Shown here: positions 1 to 11,275 of the stretch, in pieces
Layout: the number at the start of each line of letters is the position of its first letter
Numbering within the stretch: the stretch's first letter is position 1
Source: Catajapyx aquilonaris
Taxonomy: Eukaryota
Length of the DNA stretch: 46,365 nt
NCBI GenBank assembly: GCA_000934665.2
Contig: JYFJ02003110.1
Location: 1 to 46,365 of the forward strand
Direction of reading: 5' to 3'
The notes under the pieces: model-generated
Told to the model about the DNA's origin: nothing
The model's database searches: none
The model's input: the letters and a program-made list of their open reading frames with translations, nothing else
Made by a program: the position numbers and the translations under genes

Positions 1-167
1 GAACTTCAAATTTGGAATCCTCCTAGCTCAATTGTTACTATTCATAATTATCCATTCTAAAGTCCAGATAATCTTAATGGAAACTTTTTATCACATCCTG
101 TGTATAACCCCACCACTCCATTTTTTGGGGGTGTCCCAATATTTTCAGATCAGGGCAAGTAATTACA

Positions 168-1330
168 CTATGCAACAAATTGTGACGTTTTTTTTGGTCC
201 ATGGAAATTCATCATCATATTCATATTCCTTAGGTCACAAGTTAGTAACTCATAATGGGCATTCATTTTGTCTTTGATTTGTTTTTGACCTCGGGGCAGG
301 CAAAAAACCAAAATTCTCAAATATAGCAATTTTTTCCCAATCAAGTGGGCCTAAATGTTGCTAGACCATCTCAGATTTTTCTGAAAATAATCACAGCATG
401 CAGCTGTACACACTTATGCCGTAACACTGCATATCAAGTTTCAGCCAAATTACGAAATACCGTGGGGAGGGAAAAAATCGAGAAATTTTGAAAACCGGGT
501 CTTTTTTGGATAATTTTCGTCAGTTATTGAAAGTGGTCAAAACCCAATCAACATATACGTCAAATGAAAGAGAAACGCGATTAGAATGCGCCTATTGAAT
601 ATTTTTTTCTGGAAAATGCACTCAGAAAAACATGTATGGCATTCCATCGGTCACATGCTCAGTAACATGTCCAAGTGTTTAGACTCCAAAAATTAGTGAT
701 GTATTTTCGTAAGCAGCCATATTTGGTGACAGAAGTTGCGACCTATACAAGATTCAATATGTTCAGTTTCAATCCTGGGTCATGTATAGCCTGCACAAAA
801 ATAATATACGTTTTTGCTGAATTACCATTAATTTTAATGGAGCCAAATTCTTGGACATGTGACTGATGGAATGCCACACGTTTTTCTGAGTGCATTATAC
901 AAAAACAAAAAATAATAATAATTCCATAGCTGCATTCTACTCGTGTTTCTCTTTCATTTCATGTATAAGTTCATTGGGTTTTGGCCACTTCCAATAACCA
1001 AAAAAAATTATCCAAAAAAGACCTTGTTTTCAAAATTTCGCGATTTTTTCCCTCCCCACAGTATTTCGAAATTTGACTGAAACTTGATATGAAGTATTAC
1101 GGCATAGGTGTGTACAGCTGTGATTATTTTCAGAAAAATCCGAGATGGTTTAGCAACATTTAGGCCCACTTGATTGGGAAAAAACTGCTACATTTGAGAA
1201 TTTGGTTTTTTGCCTGCCCTGAGGTCAAAAACAAATCAAAGATAAAAGGAATGTCCATTATGAGTTACTGGTGACCTAAGGAACATGAATATGACGATGA
1301 ATTTCCATGGACAAATATTGTGTTGCATAG
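168..1330. mobile_element. Large foldback/MITE-like element with ~480-bp imperfect inverted arms
   Basis: ~197-675 is the imperfect reverse complement of ~850-1312 (e.g. gtccatggaaattcatc / gatgaatttccatggac; ttcccaatcaagtgggcctaaatgttgcta / tagcaacatttaggcccacttgattgggaa). The outer ctatgcaaca (168-177) pairs with tgttgcatag (1321-1330). No transposase ORF. Confidence 0.85.
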
Positions 1331-2286
1331 TTGTATCTTTCTGATCATGCACTATGCCACTATGGTCATGGTGTGAAAGTATAGTACTGCTCAGAAAGAA
1401 TGGCACGTCTCTACTTGGAAATTTTTCATTCTGACTGTCGAGGGCTTCCTCGCAACACATGGAGGGTTTGTTACATACAAATGAAGCTTTCCATTTACTC
1501 ATGGTTTCATTTAGTACTGAAAATAGAAATGCTTATCATCAGTGAATTGCAGGATGGTTAACTTAATTTTTTCATGATATCATGCTGTTTAAATGTAGCA
1601 TTTAACTTAAGAGTGTTCATAGCCTAAGTGTGCATGTTTTGCAGTAATAAGCAATTTTTGTATTATTTGGGCTGAATAAATGCCCAATTCATGCACTCAG
1701 GCAATGTTATTAAGATCATCTGAAAGTTCAAGATACTGCGTGCATTGGCAACTTTTTATAAGTACTAGTCACTGCTGCATCTGAATGCCATTCACTCCGG
1801 AAAAACTATCGTGATAGCTTAGGCCTTAGGGGATGTGAAGCACAGCAAGATGCACAGGTGTCATATGATGTATTTGACAGAAGGTACTTTGAAATTATCA
1901 TACGTACATGGCATGACAACTGGTCGTCCTGGTGAAATTAGTTTTGTCCTAAGATGTTGCATTAAGGTTTATGTAGGAGATGGAGTTTAGATCATGTATC
2001 TCGGATGGGAATGCATGTTGATGAAAAATGAACAGCACAGCCTGGCAAGCACACTGTTGAATTTCTGTCTACAAACAGTTATGGGTCTGAGTTGTACAGA
2101 CGGTCTGTTCTGATGACTGGTTTTATTACTCAATCATGAATTAATCATCTTGCAATATATTCACATCTTTTGATTGTTGAATATCGTTAATTTGAGCAGA
2201 TGATTTATGCTTTTTTTCTCCATCACATGTAGTCATGCTACATGACTAGTCTTCATTAACATAATGTGTACACCTTTAATTTGCAG

Positions 2287-2457
2287 AAAACTGTGAAATA
2301 TGCAGTAGACTGCGGGTTTCCAGAAGCCTCCTCATTTGCACAGGAAGTCATGGGAAGACTTGATTTGACTGAGGAAGAAAAAGTGTGGGTCCAGATGCAC
2401 GTCATGACAGAGGATGGCCTCAGGTTGCCAGAGGCTGACAGAGAAGAAAAGCCATGA
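2287..2457 (+). CDS. Terminal coding exon of a gene whose upstream exons were not located; tentatively the C-terminus of PTCD3/mS39 (PPR mitoribosomal protein)
   Basis: Acceptor ttaatttgcag|, phase 0, protein-like KTVKYAVDCGFPEASSFAQEVMGRLDLTEEEK...EEKP*. The YAVxxGF...A..V...F/LxLxEE pattern recalls the PTCD3 C-terminal helices (from memory, not searched). Confidence 0.45.
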   Translation, partial: KTVKYAVDCGFPEASSFAQEVMGRLDLTEEEKVWVQMHVMTEDGLRLPEADREEKP

Positions 2458-2956
2458 ATACTGCATTTTTCCTGGCAAGTTCTTTAAAAATTATTACTTT
2501 ATAACTCCGTATTGACTTCCATAAACTTGTAAACCCTGCTTGTGTAACAGTTACATGTGCTGTCATTTAACCGTTAAGCAAGCAAGTTTTACATGCTCTC
2601 GTCTTCAAGTTTCTAAAAGTGTCCCTTGTGCTGCTGTTTCAGGATGGCTTCACAGGACGAAAATGAAAAACTGTGGGCTGAGATACACAGCATGCCAAGG
2701 ATCATTTCAATATTTTGAGCTTGACTTGAAGATAAACCATGAACACTTCATGATTATGGAAAGCAGATCTTAGTCCCTTTTACCTTGTGATGCATGCTTA
2801 AATGCTAACATGCCATGAGAAGTACCACTGTGTTTTCACAGAAATGTAGTGAAAGTGACTTACATTGCAACGCATTTGTAGTTAATTGTAGTTACTTGCA
2901 GTTGTAATGTATGTGGGAAGGTGTATGAAATGTTGATTTGGATTGGGACTAATATA

Positions 2957-3093
2957 CTTTGGGAGTTCAATAAGTCCTGGGCCTAGATATTCACATTTAA
3001 GAGAGGAGGACCTAACTATGTCCTAATCCTCTCGACACATCCGCATATGTTAGTTCCTTATGCCCTGGGCCTGAAACTTCTTAAATCCCAAAG
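2957..3093. mobile_element. Small TA-flanked mariner-type MITE
   Basis: ta|ctttgggagttcaataagtcctgggcc ... ggcctgaaacttcttaaatcccaaag|ta: imperfect TIRs with a TA dinucleotide on both sides. Confidence 0.5.
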
Positions 3094-3356
3094 TACATGA
3101 GCCCTTGTCCAAATCAACTGATATTTCCATTGTGGGAGACTTGCAGTCAGTTTATTTGTACTTGTATAATATTTGCTATCGTGTGTCACAAACTGAAAAC
3201 ATGCGATAAAGTTACATTACTGAAAAGATCACATGCCTCACATTTTATTGTTGTTTTCCACCCCTATCATCCAACATCTGCATCTATAAGCTAAAATCCT
3301 TACTAGTGTGACAGTGTTTGACCAACACTTTCTATTGGTCCATTCTGTGGCTGGAG

Positions 3357-3357
<1 letters not shown>

Positions 3358-3449
<92 letters not shown>
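3358..3449. repeat. (AAT)n immediately followed by (ATT)n: self-complementary microsatellite
   Basis: Read directly from the sequence; explains the poly-N/I/L ORFs in the track. Confidence 0.95.
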
Positions 3450-5286
3450 TTGACGGCCTGAGAGATCATCCCTTTTGCCGGAGAGAACTTGCCAAATGTA
3501 ATACATACAGTGTCACTTAAAAGAAAAAAAAAGAACCACAAACAAAAGCAAAGACAAGGTCAGCGACGCAACGTTGAGAGCTGTTGAACAGTGTAATAGC
3601 ACAGGCAAACGAACAAAAAAATAATTTATTACCATGCATATTGGGCAATATTAAATTAAGAAGGATAGTCCCCGTGGGGTGGGATTAACCGTTGCTATAT
3701 ACCAATATCTTTTCAGCACGACAACCAAATATACATTTTCGCAATGAGATCGTAAAGATGTGAATAAAAAACAAAAAGGGAAACCAATGGGGGAAAGCTA
3801 ATGGGAGGTGGGATTCATTTACCTATGTTTGGCTGCGTTACAGAACAATAACAGCGAATTGAAGTAGGTGCGTGGTTTTCAAAAAGAAAGAGTACAATTT
3901 ATGTATTTGATGGATCGGGATGTCTACAAATAGAAAAAATAATTTATCTGGGGGGAGGGAAGGCCATGTTGACATGTGTTTGTTTCTCAGTGTGTCAAAA
4001 AATGGGCAAATATAGTATAACATATGATGAAGAATAAACGGTTCTTTTAAATTACATAACGTACAATCTGTCTCTTCGTTAAATTGGATTTTGTAAGAGT
4101 TTATATAAAACCAAAGTTAACTATTTTGAAGGTTAGCCATAACTCATAGTGAATGTATTGGGAGATTGGAATTGAGGTGTGTTGCCAGATATGGGGGCTC
4201 TATGATTATAAAATAACGTCCATATCTCTTAGACTTCATCAAATCCGAAAAATCTCTTTTTATAGAAGCATCCGCATATGTGGTAAGCATACCTCATATC
4301 GAACTCTCATTCTCATCTGCCAACCAACTCTAGACAGACACTCCTATCTGTGGCTGGAATATGGGATCTGCCAGCACCTTTCACTGGGTACGGAATGGTG
4401 AACATGTGAATGCATTCAGTAGGCTTGCTTTGCCAGCTTGCATCAGAGCCATCTTGCTCTACCGTATTTGTACTACTGCGCAACATTAAAAACAGGCATG
4501 AGAGGGGGGGGGGGNGGGGGGGGGGGGGGTGCATGCGGATGGTTTGGGATATGCACCATCACTGGCTGTAGTTCCGAAGCTATTAACAATACCATCTCCA
4601 CGGCCACAGGCTGAGAAAAATGTGAGGAAGCGAGTGTATCTGCTTGTCCATGTAAAATATATACAAGAGAAACACTAACAAGTTCAGTGACCTAGTCTGA
4701 TGTAACCATTTGATGTATTGTTTGGTTCCTGAAGGATCCCTGCACCATACAAAGTAAATACCACCAATACTAATCTCTTGAACAGATTGGGAAGGCTATT
4801 GCTAGGCTTTTGGAGTACAAATGCAAATGAGAACGATGCTTAGCATGTATGACTTATGAAACTTCACTTACCTTTCATATTATCTCGATTTGCACATTTC
4901 AGAGGACATACCTATAAAGCACAGGTCTTCTGACTTCCCGCAAGCCAGAAAAACCTAAAGCATTCATGCTATGAAGTATATTCACTAGATTTCTGCACAT
5001 AAATAAAAGTAATTTTTTCATAATGTAGAGAAAGAATATACGGTAGTTAAAAGTACAGTCCCATGAAGCCTCGACTGATCTTGCTCTATTATGCAAAATT
5101 ATCTGTACTGAACAAGTTTCCCTGATGAGAAACAGCAATACGGTGCAAATTCTGCTGGCGAACCCAACAAAAGTTTCCTTGCGGACAAGTTACTGCTACA
5201 TCCATTATGGTCAGGTTTCACGATATAAAATGAAGTGGTGTTGGACAGTCTTTATTTCTGGTGCAGTGTTACCATTTCAGGGTAAA

Positions 5287-6012
5287 TCATTTCTGCTTCA
5301 CACATGTGAGAGTCTTGCTCTCGCATTCGGAATCATCACGGCATCTTACTTTGGCAGGAGATCCTAGGAGGGTTAGCTGGAAGCAACTTGTTCCGTCCTC
5401 TGTAAAGGAAGTAGCCAGAGAACAATCACTTCAGCGGTGAAAATAACTGCATATGATTTTTATAAGCAATTGCATCAACATCAACTGAATGAAACTTGTG
5501 AGACAAAGTTGAGAAAATTAGAGCAACCCATCAAGCATGCCTTGTGTGAAACACAACTCTTAATTGTGCAACAGGTCTGATAATACACAGTTTAACTGAA
5601 CCTCCATTTTTCTCAAAAACTTAATCTACGAGTAGTAAGCTGGTAGTGTATAGCACATGATCAGGTGTAAGTCTGCATCTGGCATACTACAGTGCTCACT
5701 ACTTTTCTAGAATTAGAACTCCAATAAATAAGTATTGACAATTTTTAACTGATGATTTGAGAGTGAAATTGCGTGATTTTCTTGTTCCCTAAAGCACATG
5801 CACTATCAATTACCCAAAATTGTGATGCAAGCAGAACAGCATCCACAAAAGCCTCGATGGGGCTCCAAAACCTGGTTTTCACTGCAGGTCAGCTCAGCAC
5901 ATTCCATCCTGTCACACTGGCCTGGTGGACACACATACAATCCAAAGACTGCAGGAATCATAATTGCCGACAAGATGCATCCCAGCCAGAGAGCTCCACG
6001 GCAGTTATGCAT
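5287..6012 (-). CDS. Secreted fungal protease inhibitor-1 (AmFPI-1)-like 12-Cys peptide, 103 aa
   Basis: Exons 6012-5814 and 5399-5287 (GT-AG, phase 1, 312 nt). MHNCRGALWLGCILSAIMIPAVFG-LYVCPPGQCDRMECAELTCSENQVLEPHRGFCGCCSACITILEDGTSCFQLTLLGSPAKVRCRDDSECESKTLTCVKQK*: hydrophobic signal peptide, GxCxCCxxC motif and 12 Cys in the mature part. Confidence 0.85.
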
Positions 6013-6996
6013 GGTTAATTTTTTGATAGCACTGGAATAAAAACAGTAGCCTATGCTATGAATGTTAATATAACAAACCTGCACTGTAGCGCTCACATAG
6101 CCACCTCTTTTATTACTAGAAAATTTCAGATTATGCACACTTTAAAGTCAGTTGCTAAAAATTGGGCTGAAGAAGTGGCTGTGTGAATATATCAGGCACA
6201 TATCAGTATGGGAAACGTACTCGACCAGACCTCGATTTTGTACTACCGAACCTGGTAAGGAAAAAAAAAAAAACACTCCTGTTGTCAGATCAATAAGGGA
6301 CTGGCGCTCGCTCTAATCCAGTCCCCAGATGTTAGCGTACAATAACAATCAGGTTCCTAGGAGGCCGGGCCTCAAGGTAACAAATGTTCCAATAATATTT
6401 AAAAATAAATGGAAAAACCCACACCTTGTCACCTAGGGAAACGGACACACCCCGTCTTGTCCACTTCCACGCAAACACATTCCCAGGAATAGCAAGTGTC
6501 CGTATGCAAATGATATGATACAATGTGAATTCCTGGCAAACTGTCAAGAAAAGCTGTGAAAAACGTGACTCACAGGAACTTCATAATCCTATGTATGCAT
6601 ATCCGAGTTACGATATTCCGGATGATATGGGCATATGAAAAGGTCGTAAATATATTTTTAACACACACTGTATGGTTTTTAAAGTGTTTATTATACTTGT
6701 ATCAGTAGTCAGCACATACCGTACAATATTTCGTCTTGCATTTACAGTATCGCATTGCGCGAGTTGTGAATGGGCGATGACGTCACATTACGCTCACCTC
6801 TAGTACTGCTAAACCAAACCCAGTTTCCTGCAGGCAGGCTTTGCCGTGTGGTTACTTCGCATAGAACTTGGTAATTCACCGACATCTTAATAAAACCACT
6901 GGCGCTACCCTGCCTTTTGCTAATGTGTTTTAGGAGGCCGCACTGTCACTCATGGCCAGTGTGTGAATGAAATGCGTGCGAGGGAATGGCCTTCAA

Positions 6997-7098
6997 GCCT
7001 CATACGTAATGAGTACGCGGCAAGCGTAGAGATGTTCGGAAGTCCCTGGGTTCGAATCCGGAGAGTCGACGGACCATTCATTCGCAAATTCCTTTTTT
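6997..7098 (+). mobile_element. Degenerate tRNA-derived SINE head or tRNA pseudogene
   Basis: B-box GGTTCGAATCC at 7049-7059 and an oligo-T at ~7093-7098, but no clean A box or cloverleaf. Confidence 0.3.
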
Positions 7099-8521
7099 GA
7101 GGTCACATTATCCTTTACAGCTGTTTTTCTCAATGATATACAGCAAGTGTTACGCAAGTCGGGGGCTTGCTGTCTTTGGAAGTTGGAGCCAGGAATATTT
7201 TTCACGATTCATTGCACCTTGTGACGTAGTGTGTTTTTAACCTATGGCCACATGCCTGGAATGGTTTGCATATCGAGTGGCCTTATTTACTCTCAGCTCG
7301 TCATATACTTTCAAGGTCATTATTTGGTTGATTATTTTTTAAACTGGCACGTGCACAAAATATCGCAATCGCTACAACGTGCTCCAGCCTGTGTGGAATA
7401 GGAAGTTAATCGCCATTAACACCTAAATCTGACACACCCGAGGAATTTGAATGCTAACCATCAAAAATGCGAATTGTAAGAAGTAAGCCATTTCAGGACA
7501 CTTCGAAGATCCCTGCGATCCCTGTACAGTCAGTACAGTACTTACGTGTATCGTGTCACAGAAACTTGTGGGATCAGTCTGGGACCATGAGATTAATGGG
7601 TCCAATGATGCTGAATAACGTATGACTCATTTCTGGCCTCAGGGGACTGCACATGTCAGAGTTAGTCGCAGATGTTTTTATGAGTATGTGTTTATGTAAC
7701 CAGGGGCTGATTTGGCCTCTGTAATTAGACCAGGCAACAATCTGCAAATGCCTACCATTCATCCTTCATCAGTCTTTGTTTTGGCCCGCCAGACTGTGAT
7801 TCACACTGGGCATTAAGTACTGTAAATGGGTAAACATGGCTGGCCAGTTGACGTGATTGTAATATATTGTTTGCAACAGAGAGTGTGTCTCCTGCCAGGG
7901 GATCATGGGAAGTGGCTTTGCTTTGTCAGGTATTTTGCATTTGTAACTTGAAAGTCTGTAGTACGAGTAGTATAATGCACGGACTATTGGGCGGAAAACA
8001 GGAGAAATTATTTTGGCAATTATTGCATTAAGCTGCTACAGTTTTATTTCATAACACTGCATACACTTATCAAAACAGTTTACAAAATCTAGACTTATTA
8101 ATTATGAAAGGGACTAACATACTCCCATAGATACTTATCGTCCCATGAATCACTGATTGACGCTATCGTACCAGCATTATGTACAAGATGGACTTTGGTT
8201 TCGTGTTTTAAAAACATGTAAAGTCAAGTATTGTGATATTTCCAAAGGCTGTAATGGAAGACTTAATATCGCCTTTGCTTGTTGCGAAAATTCCTCAGGA
8301 AGCTGGCTATATTATACATTGTCTGTAACGCAATATGATATTTTCTATAAAATGACTAGCTGATTCTCTATTTTGCTACCCAAGTTCCAGCAAAACAGGA
8401 GTTAATTCCTTGGTTATTTCCAGCATTTGTAGTAATATCATAATTTTTTGACAACCACAGTTTGATAGTATACGGTATGCCAAACAGTATTTCTGCATTG
8501 ATATTGCAAATGTGAAAATGG

Positions 8522-11226
8522 TTACATGATGGTGTGTGTAGGCTCCGTAAGCACACCACAATTGTTATCCTTCTGCGCCATCAAAATATAACCATCATTG
8601 CCCCAGTGAGTTGACCACGAATTTTTAACCAGCCAATATGGCTCTCCATGCAACACTCCATAACCCACTGCCAAAACGCTATGGTCCAGACGATCCTCTG
8701 TATTGCCTGTAATCAGAACATTGTGCATAAATTATAGTGGAAATACTGTCAATTATATGTAAAAATAATAGTTACCGCAGTTTGCATCGTAGTACACGCC
8801 ATGTGAGTAAAAGGAAAACGTCTTGAGGGACGCATCGATAGATATCGAAATAGGTCCTTTGGTGGCCAGTGCCACTTTCAAAGCGTTCAGGTCACCTGGT
8901 GTCACGTTTACGTATCCAGTCATCTGACCCAGCTTCTCAGCACTGTCTGCATGACAATACGCATCCTACCGCAAAAATTATATTTACTGATATATGCTAA
9001 GTTCTGATATAGTGAGTAGTGACCAGACTGTACAGTACCTCACCCAAATATGGGCCATAAGTCTCAGTCGTGGGAATCCCTCCATGCTTCATAATCCAGC
9101 GATAAGCCCTGTAGTCCTCACCTCCATCACAGCCATCATTTCCAAATCCCCAACTGCAATCAATCAACGACTGAAAGACAAATTGAGGTTATAATAGAGT
9201 CTAAAGATAGTCTCGTGACTATTCACCTGCTCAGAAAATAGGACCAGTTTGCCAGTCTTCAAGAAGTAGGTGCCTTCCATAGTTCCGGTAGTGCCAAAAG
9301 ACCAGCATGACCCGCAAATTGCTTGGTCTTTGACTGGGGTCACGGCTCCATACAGCCTCCAGTCAATTTGATCCGGTAAGGCTGCCACGTCTTCAGCAGT
9401 GTACCTAGAGGTGCGTACATTTTAATTATGAATATTTTGTTGCATCGGCGTGGGTGTACCTGAAGTGAAGAGCTTCGGGGTCGTAAGTGTTGCTGGAACG
9501 GTAACCACGCAGGTAACGAATCTCGTCTGTGGTTTTGTCAGCCAGATGATTCATTTCTAGTGTGTAGCCCAAGCCTGCACGGTTTTTGGAATGGATGAAC
9601 CTGTAATGTTCGTCAGTCATTGAGTGCTGACCGAGGTGCTGACAGTGCGAAATTATAGTTACCTCATATTTTGTCTGAAGTTATGCAATCGGTTGTTTTC
9701 TTCCTTTTTGTTCTGGTATGATTGCTTGTGGTGATTGCGGAATCGGTCAAAAGCAGCTGATACATGAGAATGATCGCCGTTCACGTATTCACCCATGGGA
9801 TTCATGTGATATGTGGACTCCAGTCCGGGTCCAGGGAAGTCACGGCAAACCACGCCTGCAATTACATTTTTAAAGACTAATTTCTTGTGAGTTAGAAGCT
9901 CAACTTACTCTTGTTGAACTTGAAGATGTCACTAGGGAAATCTTTATCGTGGACCCGGTAGACGTTGTAGTCTATTAGGTAGTGGTCGTAATGTGAACCA
10001 AGAAGGTCATCGAAGCCTTTCATCTCGTACCGTAATGGGCTGCCGTCTGCTTGCTGTAAAATGCAATATGAATATTTGAATATGTGACAAACACATTTTC
10101 AAGTGTAGTTTTTTTGTCAGGAACAGTCACATGAACGCAAATTATTTGAAAATGCTGTTGATACAACTGTGTAATTATGTTCTACGTACCGAAACCCACA
10201 AGGTGTAAATGTTGACTTTTTCTTGCACAGTAAGTCTCTTCTGCCATATGTCACACAATACTCCATTTATTATTTCGGTGCCTGTTTTCTACCAATTTGA
10301 AAGATATTGGTGTATATTAAATCGTCATACGCTCGTACTTTTGAAATGCCCAAAATATACCTGGAAGTCTGTGGTGTCTGGCAAGACAGTCTGGATGGAG
10401 ACAGGAGCTTCTTCAGTTCCAGGTGCATTAAAACAAGTGGTAACATTTGCTTCGGTTTCGGTAGTCATAGGAGCTATTTTGTACATCAAACCGTATTGTC
10501 CCTCACTGGCCAGCATGTATGTTTTGACCATTCCTGTTTAAAAGAAAAGTACACGTTACACTTTAATTGAAGATAAATGCCTTGAACCCTTGCTATAATG
10601 TCAAAATATTTATGATAATGCATTATTTTTACTGACTCGTCACTCCACAGTAGGATATAACATCTACTTTGGTCAATCTAGAGTGCAGCTTCGTATTTGA
10701 AGAACTACTTGAGTTTTGTTGGCTCTTAGTCATATAAGTTAAATACGTCAATACACATTATCTTGATTTATGATCTGCTTCATTCATCACGTGAAGTGTT
10801 TGTGTAACTGAATCCCGAAAAGGGTGCTCGTGCAATTACACAGGGTGAGTCATAAGGTTCAGAACACCAGGTCAGTCTTCCGCTAAGATAATTGATGGTG
10901 AATTCGGCTCACATGAACATCACAGAGGAAACAATAGAAGGATGTCAATCCTGCTTTTGACTCACCATCGTAGTAATCAATCCTGGCCATATTTTGGGGG
11001 GTGGAAAACCATGCATGGAACGGCTCGTTGATTTCAGCATAAGGAAGCTGAATTCGACCTATCGCCTCATACCTCTGTGGCCAATCCAATAGGATGCGGG
11101 AGGCAGAGGCTGCTAAGGCAGTGGGGAAGAAAATGTTCGAAATAGTACGTGCATATGGAAAATACGTATAGAAAACCCAATATTCGTACCTCCAGCTACA
11201 ATGCACAGGAGTCCTAGGAGGAACAT
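8522..11226 (-). CDS. 26-29-p: 26/29-kDa proteinase (papain family C1A, cathepsin-L-like with N-terminal 26-kDa domain and I29 propeptide), ~539 aa
   Basis: 11 exons, all GT-AG and phase-consistent: 11226-11190, 11112-10966 (NAGNAG alternative start 11109), 10533-10361, 10288-10190, 10053-9909, 9855-9663, 9600-9460, 9404-9227, 9170-9039, 8965-8776, 8706-8522 (1620 nt). Motifs: signal peptide, [33 protein letters not shown], catalytic [30 protein letters not shown]. Confidence 0.95.
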
Positions 11227-11266
11227 CTTGACAGGTATGGCGTGAGATTGGAACAGGGAAAGGTGC

Positions 11267-11275
11267 TTATATACA
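11267..11275 (-). promoter_or_regulatory. TATA box of the 26/29-kDa proteinase gene
   Basis: gTATATAAg on the minus strand ~45 nt upstream of the ATG at 11226. Confidence 0.55.

Noticed and set aside
1394..1966. Several candidate small + strand exons upstream of 2287
   Set aside because: Weak splice sites, ambiguous phases and no recognisable motif; I could not build a defensible model.
3303..3541. Poly-Ile/Leu/Asn ORFs that look like membrane peptides
   Set aside because: Translations of the AAT/ATT microsatellite.
4504..4529. Poly-G run as a G-quadruplex element
   Set aside because: Contains an N at 4515; likely an assembly join in a homopolymer.
5287..5289. TGA stop of the FPI-1-like gene as selenocysteine
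   Set aside because: The 12-Cys domain is already complete and I saw no SECIS-like element.
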